Below, in pieces: positions 36,710 through 46,870 of a stretch of 58,077 nucleotides of DNA (positions within the stretch are counted from its first letter, which is position 1; each line of letters opens with the position of its first letter). This DNA comes from an uncultured virus (IMG/VR IMGVR_UViG_3300020046_001970). Its lineage: Duplodnaviria; Heunggongvirae; Uroviricota; Caudoviricetes. The stretch lies in the IMG/VR virus record IMGVR_UViG_3300020046_001970. One strand, 5' to 3'. Under the pieces are notes generated by a model, which was not told the DNA's origin, did not search any database, and was given only the letters and a program-made list of their open reading frames with translations. A program made the position numbers and the translations under genes.

Positions 36710-39700
36710 ATGAGCTTTGGTCCACTAGGCACTTACGTCCCACCTGGCGTATACTCGCGTACTCTAACCGAGGCGACCTTAGCTTCATTGATCCCAGGGC
36801 TGCGAATTCCAATGTTGGTTGGAATTGGCCAGGAGGAGCTGGAGCAGTACGACCTAGAGTTGGTGCGAGGTTCCTCGTCCACGCTAGATCAGCAGATCCT
36901 TAACGAGGATATCTCTGCTCGTTGGGTTGTAGACGACACCAACCCTCAGAACTTGGTTCTGGGGGCAAACAATGGTACCCGAACTAGATTTGTAGTTCGT
37001 AACTTCCCTATCGTTGATGGGCAGGGTATCGGTCGACCAAGCAACGATGCTAGGGCTGTCTCGGTCACCGTGAATGGTGTTCCCGTTGCGATTGGAGCGG
37101 TACGAGGTACAACTGGAGAGGTCATCCTTCAGGTCCCTCCTCAGCCAACCGATAACGTACGAGTCACTTACTTCTTCCACCGGGGCGACACGGCCTTCAC
37201 GGATAATGTCTCGGACCAAGTAACGAGCACAACGGCAGAGATTGTGGCCTCTGGGTACGAGCCCTTTTCGATTACGGCTGGCACGAACAACCTCCTCAAA
37301 ATCAAGGTTGACGGACTAGAGTCCACGATTGCCTTCACGGATGCCGCAGCTGCTACAGTGTCTTCGTTGAAGAATCAGATTGACGCTGCTGGTATCTCGG
37401 GGCTAAGCACCCTGGTGTTCCAGGCAAATGACGGCACGCTCCACCTCCAGATGAACTCTGCAATCTCAATCGAGATTATGGATGGCAATGCGAACGGGAC
37501 GCTCGGTCTCTTTGCAGGGCAGAAGTCTACGAGAAACACTGCCTTCCGCGTCTACCAGAGGCCTATCGTAGATGGGTCTTCTGGGGGAATCACCACCACT
37601 GACCCCTCCAAGGTAGTGGTCATGGTGAATGGATCTCAGGTAATCCCATCCTCGGTAGATGGGACAAACGGTATCGTGAATCTTAGCTCTCCGCCCTCTG
37701 TTGGGGCGATTGTAGAGATCACGTACTACTCGAATACTTGGCAGGACACGTTCGACTACCTACCTAACACGCTGGTAACGAACATTGTCCGTTGTGGTAT
37801 TAGCCCAAATCGTTCGGACTACATCCAGAACCAGGACTTCGTAGTTTCTAACCCAAGTCCTGACGTCTCTATCATCCACTGGGGTACGAGCTACAGTGTA
37901 GCGTCTTCGCTCCGCACTCCAGGGGCAGAGCCTCTAGATGACTCTCAGATTATCCCCACGCTTGTGGACGATAAGCTGTGGTTGGTGGAGTGTGAGCGCT
38001 ACGTGGACACCTCTGTTGTACCCTCCAAGGTGTCTACGACAGACTTCGTCCTCCCTGTATCCCCTACCACGGGTAACGGGCGTAACACTCCGCTGACTCA
38101 GACTCTGTTCAACACGGCTACGAATGCTCGTAACGACCTCATCACCAATCGTCCAGACTTGGTGGTGATTCGTGTTGGTCGAAGCTTGCGAGATGCTTTG
38201 GGTCGTCCCGCAGCAAAGGTCCTTGTTCTTGACGGGTCCACTCGCAAGGTCACCCTAAAGGACCCTGTTCCGCCAGACTTCAAGGCGTACGCTACGTACC
38301 ACTACAACCGTATTGCAGATGACACCTATGTCATCACAAACAAGACCAGTGGTCCTGCGGGCTCGGGTCAGTTTGAGGTGCTCAGCGCACTCTACAACAC
38401 CAATGTGATGCAGGTGCGCTTCGGGTCCAAGGGTGGCGGTTTGGTGGACACTGTACAGTGGCCACGAGGAGCTGAGCAGGTTCCTGATGCCTTCCACTAC
38501 GGCAAGACTCCAACCTCTGAGACGGTCACCGTTACCTTTGGTTCGAGTGTAGCTACCAATGCTCTGTACACGAACAAGGGAGCACAGCCCTTCTCGTTCT
38601 ACAGTCCATCCTCTGCCACTTGGCGCACAGCCCTGAACGGGGCTCCAACGGTGGTTACCAACCTAGCGGTTGCCACTCGTGGTTACCTTGTGTCCAAGGA
38701 AATCACCTTGGTCTCAGGTGGGTTTGCCATCACAGCCGCAAATCAATTGCTAGAGCTTACTGTAGACGGAGTTAACCTAACGGTTACCCTTCCAGTGGGC
38801 GTAGCGGTTACCCCAGCTGCAATTGCTACGGCTGTCAATGCTGTAGTCGATGCAAACGCTTCGTTCATTGGTACAGCTCCAAACAACTTGTTTACAGCTA
38901 TCCCAGGGGCAAGCGGAGCTACGAATTACTTTGTTCTACGTAGCTACTCAACCCCAGCGGCTCTTCCAGGTGGGTTTGATCACAAGTCCTATGCAGCTAT
39001 CCGTCAAGGTACAGCAGAGACTACGCTAGGTCTCACGACCTTCCAGCGTGCTGACGGTACTCCTACCGCAGTCAACAAGCCTGCTACCCTTCTGGGTACG
39101 ACGGCTCAACCGTTCATCATCACGGCTGGAGTGAACGACCTATTCAAGGTCCGCATCAATGGGATTGACTTCACGGTCACTCTCAGCTCCGCCTCGACCA
39201 CCTCTGCTCAGATTGTCTCAAACCTCAACGCCATCATTGCCTCCCAAGGTACTGCAAGTGTCGGGACGCTAGACAACCTGAACAAGATCCGAATCACTTC
39301 AAACGTGAACTCGGATCAATCCACCGTTCTTATTCTGAACGGCACTGCAAACGCAACCCTTGGGTTCACAGAGGGTACGTTCGCCAGTCAGGTTCGAGTC
39401 AGTGTCCAAGAAGTCTCCAACAGACTGATGGATACTCCTAACTTTGCCGTATCTACCTGGAGCCCTCCTACTGCATTCGCAGGAGCTGTGGCTTACCCAG
39501 CAACGATCAACGGTTCAGTTTACCTGACCATTGCATCGCTCATCACTGGACTAACCTCTTCGGTTGCTTTCGTTACCGGGGCGAACTCAGCGTTCAACAC
39601 GTTGAGTGGTACTCAGATTACTCCAGGTACCGATGGGGATAACGGTGAGGCTACTTACGACAACTTCGTCGTAACATCCTCGAACCCCGTAGGTTCGGCT

Positions 39701-40999
39701 GGCACAGGTATCCCAGGGCAGACCTACACAGACGCTAGGACTGGACTCCGGTTTACTGTTCTACCTTCTACCGATGGGTCGTATGCAACTGGTGGGTTCT
39801 TCACCCTTGAGGTTTCGCCAACCTGGAAGGTGAACTCTTCGGTACCTTACCTATCGGTTCCAGGTTTGGAGCTAATCGTCACCAATACGGTGAACGTTGG
39901 GATCAACGACACGGCTCAACTTCAGACCTTCAACCCAAGTGGCGTTGAACCAAAGAACGGGGACTTCTACTCCATTAGCTACCGCTTCTTGAAGCAGGAC
40001 TACACGACTCGAATCTTCCGTCAATTCAAGACGATCGAAGCCAACTATGGCCGACTCTCTGCGGAGAATCGAGTCACCTTGGCTGCCTACCTGTCTATCC
40101 TTAACGGGGCAGTCCTGGTAGGGGTCAAGCAAATCGAGAAGGTTCCAAACACAACCCAGGCTAGTGACCAGTCGTTCATCACGGCTCTTCAGGCGCTTAG
40201 TAACCCACTACCTGGAAACATCAAGCCGGACATCATGATCCCGCTTACGTCCTCCACGGCAGTGTTCTCGTACCTCACGCAACACTGTGAGGTGGCGAGT
40301 AACATCCGTAATCAATCGGAGCGTATGGGCTTCATTGGGTTTGCCTCCGGGACAACTCCAACAAACGCTCAGACCATTGCCAAGGCATTGGCAAGTCAAC
40401 GTATCGTTGCCTTCTACCCAGACTCGGCAGTTATCACTCTCTCGAACGAGTTGGGTGAGAACTTCGAGACCCTGGTAGACGGTACGAACTTCGCAGCTGC
40501 CTTCGCAGGAGCTGTTGTAAGTCCTTCGATTGACGTAGCGACTCCATACAGCCACCGTAGGGTCCAAGGCTTCACTCGCATTCCTAGGATTATGGATGCA
40601 GTGGAGATGAACCAGACGGCAACCGCAGGTGTAACTATCCTGGAGGACCTGGATCCAGTCATCCGAGTTCGTCACGGTCTTACCACCAACATGAACTCGG
40701 TCTTGACTCGCCTACCTACGGTGACTCAGATCGCAGACCATGTGTCGCAGAACTCTAGGTCGGTTCTTGATGCCTTCGTGGGTACCAAGTTCCTCTCTAG
40801 TCGGGTGAATGAGGTTGAGGTCTCTATGACCTCGCTGTTCAAGTCTCTTATCCAGCAAGAGATCGTTTCGGCCTTCACAGGGATTGCAGCGGCAATCGAC
40901 ACTGAGGACCCAACGGTACTTAGAGCAGAAGCCTACTACCAACCTATATTTCCACTTTTGTACCTCATGCTCACATTCAACCTTAGGGCGAGGATCTGA
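36710..40999 (+). CDS. Contractile tail sheath protein, 1429 aa, with many inserted domains
   Basis: N-terminal Y.PPGVY; C-terminal sheath core (H....S....ER...G.T...V.....YQPIFPLLYL..TF). Confidence 0.88.
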   Translation: MSFGPLGTYVPPGVYSRTLTEATLASLIPGLRIPMLVGIGQEELEQYDLELVRGSSSTLDQQILNEDISARWVVDDTNPQNLVLGANNGTRTRFVVRNFPIVDGQGIGRPSNDARAVSVTVNGVPVAIGAVRGTTGEVILQVPPQPTDNVRVTYFFHRGDTAFTDNVSDQVTSTTAEIVASGYEPFSITAGTNNLLKIKVDGLESTIAFTDAAAATVSSLKNQIDAAGISGLSTLVFQANDGTLHLQMNSAISIEIMDGNANGTLGLFAGQKSTRNTAFRVYQRPIVDGSSGGITTTDPSKVVVMVNGSQVIPSSVDGTNGIVNLSSPPSVGAIVEITYYSNTWQDTFDYLPNTLVTNIVRCGISPNRSDYIQNQDFVVSNPSPDVSIIHWGTSYSVASSLRTPGAEPLDDSQIIPTLVDDKLWLVECERYVDTSVVPSKVSTTDFVLPVSPTTGNGRNTPLTQTLFNTATNARNDLITNRPDLVVIRVGRSLRDALGRPAAKVLVLDGSTRKVTLKDPVPPDFKAYATYHYNRIADDTYVITNKTSGPAGSGQFEVLSALYNTNVMQVRFGSKGGGLVDTVQWPRGAEQVPDAFHYGKTPTSETVTVTFGSSVATNALYTNKGAQPFSFYSPSSATWRTALNGAPTVVTNLAVATRGYLVSKEITLVSGGFAITAANQLLELTVDGVNLTVTLPVGVAVTPAAIATAVNAVVDANASFIGTAPNNLFTAIPGASGATNYFVLRSYSTPAALPGGFDHKSYAAIRQGTAETTLGLTTFQRADGTPTAVNKPATLLGTTAQPFIITAGVNDLFKVRINGIDFTVTLSSASTTSAQIVSNLNAIIASQGTASVGTLDNLNKIRITSNVNSDQSTVLILNGTANATLGFTEGTFASQVRVSVQEVSNRLMDTPNFAVSTWSPPTAFAGAVAYPATINGSVYLTIASLITGLTSSVAFVTGANSAFNTLSGTQITPGTDGDNGEATYDNFVVTSSNPVGSAGTGIPGQTYTDARTGLRFTVLPSTDGSYATGGFFTLEVSPTWKVNSSVPYLSVPGLELIVTNTVNVGINDTAQLQTFNPSGVEPKNGDFYSISYRFLKQDYTTRIFRQFKTIEANYGRLSAENRVTLAAYLSILNGAVLVGVKQIEKVPNTTQASDQSFITALQALSNPLPGNIKPDIMIPLTSSTAVFSYLTQHCEVASNIRNQSERMGFIGFASGTTPTNAQTIAKALASQRIVAFYPDSAVITLSNELGENFETLVDGTNFAAAFAGAVVSPSIDVATPYSHRRVQGFTRIPRIMDAVEMNQTATAGVTILEDLDPVIRVRHGLTTNMNSVLTRLPTVTQIADHVSQNSRSVLDAFVGTKFLSSRVNEVEVSMTSLFKSLIQQEIVSAFTGIAAAIDTEDPTVLRAEAYYQPIFPLLYLMLTFNLRARI

Positions 41000-41033
41000 T
41001 TTACCCAGTAAATTCAGACACTTACCGGTAACA

Positions 41034-41066
41034 GAAGACCCAACTCCCAAAAAGAGTTGGGTCTTC
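41034..41066 (+). terminator. Stem-loop terminator after the sheath gene
   Basis: GAAGACCCAACTC-CCAAAAA-GAGTTGGGTCTTC. Confidence 0.75.
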
Positions 41067-41095
41067 ACTATTGTCTGGTCAAGTGAGTCCATCTG

Positions 41096-43360
41096 GTGTA
41101 CTACTTAGGTGTGGTCGCCAAGTCCAGTACGAGTACCCAGGAGATTCTAGACTCTTTTCACGAAGATCACCCGCTTAAGTGGGTGGCCGTAAAGTTTAGA
41201 ATCAGTCCGAATCGCCTTCGTGATGCATGGAAGACTCATTACGGGGAAGAGGCGTTTGAGGAGAGAGTAAGAAAGCATCAAAAAGGTGCTCCACTAGGGT
41301 CTGCTGACCTTGCCATCGAGGTGTTTAATACAGATGAGCCCTTTAAGGCTCTGGCAAAACGCCTTGGTATGAGCCCAAATACTCTCCGAAAGATTTGGGT
41401 AGCTCGTTTTGGAGCCGAAGCATTTCATGCTAGGGGTAAAGCGTCCCAAGCAAAAGGAGCGGTATCCTACGGGGTTAGGTCGACCGGACTCGCAAAAAAG
41501 AAGAACTTTGTCTATGAGCCGTGTTCAGGGTGCAACACCCTTGTGTCTCTCACTAAAGTGCAGCTTGCAGCCCTAACCAAAGTAGTTTGTGAGACTTGCC
41601 TAGGTATGGATTCCAAGTGCCCTGTCTGCGGTCTAGGCTGCATGGGGGTAAAGGGAATCGCTATGCACTTTGCACAGGTAAAGGACGAGGCTCACATTAA
41701 CTACCAAGAAGAAAAGGAAGAAGCGAAGTGGTCTGGCCTAGTCGAAGACAGACATTATGTGACTTGCAAGGAGTGTGGGTTTCGAGGGGTGGCTCTAAAT
41801 AACCACTTAAAACTCCATGGTTTAGATGCAAGCAGCTACCGAACAAAGTTTAATGGTGCGCTAGTAACTTCGTCCTTCTCTGAGGAGAAGAGACTGAAGT
41901 CCTTAATGCCATCCGCGAGTCGAAGAGCTTACCATTGGAGCCCAGAAGTTCTGAGGCAGTTCACAGATGAGAAAGGTCGTGTAATCGTTGCTGAGGCAGC
42001 CTTGGCATTAGGGGCTTCCCCACTTACCGTACTCCAGTACTGTCGGTCTTTGGAGCTACCTACACGTAATAAGTTGGCTTGGCAGAGAGTTGTTTTGGAT
42101 CAAGCCAGTAAGGCGTTTGAGGCACCTTATGTGTGGGACCCCAGAATAGTCAACCCAAGTACTGGGAGAGTTCTCAACTTTGACGGATACTTCCCTAGCC
42201 TAAATCTTATAGTTGAGGCTCATGGTGACCAGCACTATAGGTATGCTGAGGCTTGGCATGGCTCTATGGAGAATTTTCATGAGTTACGGGAGAGGGACCT
42301 ACTCAAAAAGCAACGAGCAGAGGAGCTTGGGTTTCGGGTTTTGGTGGTGCGCCCAGTTGACCCAACGCATAGTGTAACTTTCTGGAAGAGACTTAGTCCT
42401 GTAGACCCTGTTGTTTTGGCGAATCAAATTGACCAGGTTGTAACCACCTTACGTCAAGGGGTATTTCCTATGCCCAAACCCCTTGACGCTGAGCTTAAGA
42501 AAGCCTTGACTAGACTTCAGGGTACAAGTGTGGTTGTAAACTCGGACCTCGTTATTTACCCTTACTCTGTAAGAGGTACCTCTGCTTGTGCCTCATTTTT
42601 TCCCGCTAGGTACCAAGCTAAACACAAGGCCGTAGATAAGAGTGTATGGGAAGCCTGGCATGATGACGACCTACTCAGGAAAGCTATCAAGTTGCAGTTG
42701 GACTCCGGGCATCCTACGACCCCTGAGAGGGTCTTAAAAGCTCTTGTAATGTATCATCGAACCCCGTCTGTGTTTCGTCCTGCCGTAGCAAAGTACGTCT
42801 ATCAAACTTACGGGAACAAAGGGGTAGTCTGGGACCCGTGTGCTGGGTATGGAGGTAGACTTCTAGGGGCTCTTGCTGCTGGAGTCTCTACTTACATCGG
42901 AACGGACATTGAACCAGCTACAGTTGAAGGTAATATTGCTATCGCAAAACACTTGGGGGTAAGTGGTTCCTACAAGGTTGAGCTTCAGGCAGCCGAGGAA
43001 TTCGACCCTGGAGTACCTCTCGACCTCGTGTTCACCTCTCCTCCCTACTTTGACCTGGAGACTTACGGTAAAGCTTCTTTAAGGGCTAGTGTTGGGTATG
43101 GCTCGCCTCAGGGTTGGGTAGAGAACTTCCTTCGTCCAGTGATGACCAAAGCTATGGAACGTTTGAAGCCAGGAGGGCACCTTGTGTTGAATTTACCATA
43201 TAAGCCTGTACTTGGGACTCGATTGGATGTAGAAGCTACCCGAGAGGCTAAGGTGCTTGGGTTGAGAGAGTTGCCAACACTTTGGATGCCTATTCGTACC
43301 TTCAAAGGTACGATGAAGGGCGAGCCCATACTAGTTTGGCAGAAAGAGCAAATCCCATGA
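41096..43360 (+). CDS. HTH / Zn finger / PD-(D/E)XK endonuclease / N4-N6 DNA methyltransferase fusion
   Basis: Two SPN.LR..W...G.EAF HTH-like repeats; CxxC and C..C...H...H; FDGY...IVEAHG.QHY; DPCAGYGG and TSPPY. Start may be GTG 41111. Confidence 0.83.
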   Translation: MYYLGVVAKSSTSTQEILDSFHEDHPLKWVAVKFRISPNRLRDAWKTHYGEEAFEERVRKHQKGAPLGSADLAIEVFNTDEPFKALAKRLGMSPNTLRKIWVARFGAEAFHARGKASQAKGAVSYGVRSTGLAKKKNFVYEPCSGCNTLVSLTKVQLAALTKVVCETCLGMDSKCPVCGLGCMGVKGIAMHFAQVKDEAHINYQEEKEEAKWSGLVEDRHYVTCKECGFRGVALNNHLKLHGLDASSYRTKFNGALVTSSFSEEKRLKSLMPSASRRAYHWSPEVLRQFTDEKGRVIVAEAALALGASPLTVLQYCRSLELPTRNKLAWQRVVLDQASKAFEAPYVWDPRIVNPSTGRVLNFDGYFPSLNLIVEAHGDQHYRYAEAWHGSMENFHELRERDLLKKQRAEELGFRVLVVRPVDPTHSVTFWKRLSPVDPVVLANQIDQVVTTLRQGVFPMPKPLDAELKKALTRLQGTSVVVNSDLVIYPYSVRGTSACASFFPARYQAKHKAVDKSVWEAWHDDDLLRKAIKLQLDSGHPTTPERVLKALVMYHRTPSVFRPAVAKYVYQTYGNKGVVWDPCAGYGGRLLGALAAGVSTYIGTDIEPATVEGNIAIAKHLGVSGSYKVELQAAEEFDPGVPLDLVFTSPPYFDLETYGKASLRASVGYGSPQGWVENFLRPVMTKAMERLKPGGHLVLNLPYKPVLGTRLDVEATREAKVLGLRELPTLWMPIRTFKGTMKGEPILVWQKEQIP

Positions 43361-43572
43361 CCTATATCCTAGTAGCCAGTGAGTTTCGTACTCCCCACAT
43401 CAAGGGGCAGTGGTTGGTGTTTGAGGTCAATGTAAACCAGGAGGCACGAGAAGTGGCCTCTTGTCTTAGCTTAGAGGCTGGGAAAGCGGTTATGGCCCTT
43501 CTAGGGGTGCCGTCCTCTACTCCATACCATGAAAGCCCCTGGGGTGTTCCTGAGTCTACGAACTTCGTGTAG
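43357..43572 (+). CDS. Hypothetical protein
   Basis: ATGA overlap with the upstream gene. Confidence 0.5.
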   Translation: MTYILVASEFRTPHIKGQWLVFEVNVNQEAREVASCLSLEAGKAVMALLGVPSSTPYHESPWGVPESTNFV

Positions 43573-43639
43573 CTCGTAACTGAGGTTCTTTCTATGTCCC
43601 TATCTTAGGTAGGGTCTTTCAAGCTCACTAAGGTAGCCC

Positions 43640-46600
43640 ATGTACAAGTACGATTACTCCTCTGTCAATTCAGGCCTAAAGGCTGGATACCGACGCATTT
43701 TTGCAAGTGATGGTCTTGACGAGGATGGTGAGCCTATTGGGGAGATTCAAGTCTCCGAGTACATAATCTTCCTACTTGCGGTAGATACCTACATTCGGTA
43801 CCTTGAGGAAGCAACCTCCCAAGAGGACCCGCTGGATGAGGTAGTTGCAAAGGGGCTAAGACTTCTTCGTAACGCCGACTCTGAATTGGACTCGATTAGT
43901 TCATTCATGCAAGGGCATCTGGCCTCTGATACGCATAAGCGAATGCTTTTGAAGTATCTTGAGATCAAAGCTACGAACCCTCAAGGGGTGGGCCGTCGTG
44001 CTCTTGGTTTACGGACAATACTCTCACGAGGTGGGGCCGCCACTATGAGAGGTGTGTTCCAATCTAACAAGGCATTGAAGCAAGTCCGTGAAGCCATGAG
44101 TGCGGCTCAAATGGACAACGCAGATGCGGCTCTGGACCTTTTTGCTAAGCTTACGTTTCGTAACATGCGGCTTCGGGGTTGGATTGAGCTGGCGGCTAAA
44201 ACAGCTATCTCAGGCCAACTTCCAGCCAATGTCGTGGAGGCTGGAGCCAAGGAAGCTCAAGACCAAAAGAGTAAGTTGCTGGAGGAGAACATCCAACAGA
44301 TGGCAGCCTCTGGTGGAGACGCATCTAAGCAGGCCCAAGAAGCTCAGACTACGCAGCTTCTGAAGGTCCAAGATGATGCTACCGCAGCGGCTCGTCAGTC
44401 GATGGATCAAGCTGGGGAGCTTGATGAGCCTCTTACAAAGTCTCAAGTCGTGGGCATTGCAGTAGCAGCAGCAGCAGCTGCTACGAGCGACCCCTCCAAT
44501 CCACAAAACGTCCCAGAGGCTCTTCGTGGGCTTGACGATGAGCAAAGGGCCGCAGCTCTTACAGACGGTAGAGTTGGAGTTTTTGCCGGAGCTGGAGCGG
44601 GGAAGTCCAGTACCCTCGTAGCTCGTGTTGCCTACTTGGTACGAGATCGTAGAGTCAATCCGAGCCGAATTCTGGTGACGAGCTTCAACACCAAGGCAGC
44701 CTCCGAGTTGAAAGAGAAGATCGGACGCTCGACGAGCGGGGACACCCTCCAGCAGATGTCTGTCGGAACGCTACACTCCATGGGCAAGAGGTTCGTCCTT
44801 GAATTCGGGACCCCCGAAGAAAAGTCCGCGTTGGAGTCCGGCTTCATGCAGGGTGGGGCCACGATCGCAAGAGCGGTCCAGAAGGTCTGGGAGGAGTGCT
44901 ATGATAAGGACCCGCCGCCCAAGTTGAAGAATGCAACCATGGACCGGGCGAAGTGGTCGGGTAACGACATCACCCCGGAGATGGCTAAGGCCCAAGCCGT
45001 CTCCTCTGAGGAGATGAAGAGCGCCATGTGGTACGAGATGTACGAAGGGCTCAAGGGTACAGCAGGTCCGGACTGGGAGCCCCCGTGTAAAGGCAGGGCG
45101 TTCGAGAGTTTCATGGGTCGATACCGACCGCGTGGAGATCGCCTCGGGGACTTCACCGATCAGCTAAAAATCTTCAGGGATATTCTGAAGCGTAACCCAG
45201 CTGTCAAGACCAAGGTCCAAGGGATGTTCGACCACATCATTGTGGACGAAGCTCAAGATCGAAACACCGTGATGGCGGACATGATAGACCTCATGTCCCA
45301 GCATATTACGGACGGGGGAGATGGTAAGTCATGCTGGATTGTCGGAGACGACAAGCAAGCCATCAACTCCTTCCAAGGAGCCAAGGCGGCACTCTTCAAG
45401 GACCTCTTCCAGAAAGAGGGCTGGAAGACCCGTGTGATTCGCACGAACTATCGGTGCGAGCCTGAAATTGTCGACGCCGCAAACCGGCTCATCGGTCACA
45501 ACGAGGGGAACGTTCCGATCCCGCAAGTGGCTGCTCCAGGACGTAAGCCTGGCTTGGGGAGCATCAAGGTTCAAGTGGCTGAGGATGAGGCGGACGCTGC
45601 ACTCAGCACCATCGAAGAAATCAAGCAAGCACATGTCAACGGTGACGACCTTACGGACAACGCTGTCTTGTTTCGTACAAACAAGGAGATTCACTCCTAC
45701 GAGACGGCCTGCATCATTCGCGGCATCCCGTATGCCAGGAAGGGGGCTGGGTCTTTCCTGGGTTCGCCTGAGACAAAGGCGGTCTTGAGTTATGTCCAAC
45801 TCGCAACTGGCTCGGACTTCGAGAAAATGCAGCAATCGTTGGCTCAAGTCGTTGACACCCCCAATCGTTTTTTCATCTCCGATAAGAAGCGAATCCCAGA
45901 GGCTGTGGATCAAGCGCTGGCCCAATACGCTCGGGCCGAGGGGTTGAGCATCAAGGCGGTTAATCCACTTGAAGCTCTTGAGGACAGGAATTTCCTTCGT
46001 AACTTAGCAGTAAATCTTGGTCGGTTGACCAAGAGCGGCAAGGGCACCAAGTTCGAGGAGCAGCTTCGGGATCTTGCGGATTCGGTACGGGATCTCAGGA
46101 TTAGTGCCTCGGACCCCGATTACAAGACGAAGGACCTGTTCGACGATATCTTGTCTGTCGAAGGAGTCGCCTACGTCAAGGGTTCCCGGCAACCACAGAC
46201 CTTCCGTGAGAGCCTGAAGGCCGACTTGCGGGACGCTCTTGGGGAAGACGACGAGGCCGTTGAATCCGATGAGGATGAGGAGGGCTCAACCAAGGGCCTT
46301 GGTAACGTTGCCTTTCTCTACAAGTTGGCCGAGCCAGATCCCACGGATGAAGATGACGCCATCACCCCGCCCACATCCCCGGATGGTTTCGCGGCAAAGA
46401 TGTCCCGCTACACCGCCAAGATGCGTGACCTTCGGACGGACCTCGGTAAGTGGACGAAGGACCAGAACGCGCTCCCTCCAGAACAGCGTAAGAGGCCACC
46501 AGGAGTCTATCTCGGTACGGTCCACTCAGTGAAGGGCGCGCAGTGGAAAACCACGTTCGTCCAGATGCCGGGTGGGAAGTTCCCCATGGAAATCAAGCCC

Positions 46601-46870
46601 AAGCCTGGTGAGCCTCCGCCAGACCCGGTCAAAGAGGCAGAGCGTTGGGAAGATGAGCGTCGTTTGGGGTACGTAGCCCTGACCCGAGCCGCCAAGAATC
46701 TTCGCATCGTTTGCCCCAAGGAAGTTGGGGGTAGATCGGCCGGAATTAGCCCCTTCGTCCGTGAAGCTGGCCTGGTGGCAGGGGAAAACATCTCGAAACC
46801 CGAAACTCCACCTCTCACCAAAGAAGCCGCAGAGTTGATCGACTTGTACCAGTTGGGGGGTGGGCTATGA
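43640..46870 (+). CDS. UvrD/Rep/PcrA SF1A helicase with ~290-aa N-terminal extension
   Basis: LDDEQ..A; AGAGAGKS; SFNTKAA; VDEAQD; VGDDKQAI..F.GA; NYR; TVHSVKG; EERRL-like DERRLGYVALTRA. Confidence 0.95.
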   Translation: MYKYDYSSVNSGLKAGYRRIFASDGLDEDGEPIGEIQVSEYIIFLLAVDTYIRYLEEATSQEDPLDEVVAKGLRLLRNADSELDSISSFMQGHLASDTHKRMLLKYLEIKATNPQGVGRRALGLRTILSRGGAATMRGVFQSNKALKQVREAMSAAQMDNADAALDLFAKLTFRNMRLRGWIELAAKTAISGQLPANVVEAGAKEAQDQKSKLLEENIQQMAASGGDASKQAQEAQTTQLLKVQDDATAAARQSMDQAGELDEPLTKSQVVGIAVAAAAAATSDPSNPQNVPEALRGLDDEQRAAALTDGRVGVFAGAGAGKSSTLVARVAYLVRDRRVNPSRILVTSFNTKAASELKEKIGRSTSGDTLQQMSVGTLHSMGKRFVLEFGTPEEKSALESGFMQGGATIARAVQKVWEECYDKDPPPKLKNATMDRAKWSGNDITPEMAKAQAVSSEEMKSAMWYEMYEGLKGTAGPDWEPPCKGRAFESFMGRYRPRGDRLGDFTDQLKIFRDILKRNPAVKTKVQGMFDHIIVDEAQDRNTVMADMIDLMSQHITDGGDGKSCWIVGDDKQAINSFQGAKAALFKDLFQKEGWKTRVIRTNYRCEPEIVDAANRLIGHNEGNVPIPQVAAPGRKPGLGSIKVQVAEDEADAALSTIEEIKQAHVNGDDLTDNAVLFRTNKEIHSYETACIIRGIPYARKGAGSFLGSPETKAVLSYVQLATGSDFEKMQQSLAQVVDTPNRFFISDKKRIPEAVDQALAQYARAEGLSIKAVNPLEALEDRNFLRNLAVNLGRLTKSGKGTKFEEQLRDLADSVRDLRISASDPDYKTKDLFDDILSVEGVAYVKGSRQPQTFRESLKADLRDALGEDDEAVESDEDEEGSTKGLGNVAFLYKLAEPDPTDEDDAITPPTSPDGFAAKMSRYTAKMRDLRTDLGKWTKDQNALPPEQRKRPPGVYLGTVHSVKGAQWKTTFVQMPGGKFPMEIKPKPGEPPPDPVKEAERWEDERRLGYVALTRAAKNLRIVCPKEVGGRSAGISPFVREAGLVAGENISKPETPPLTKEAAELIDLYQLGGGL

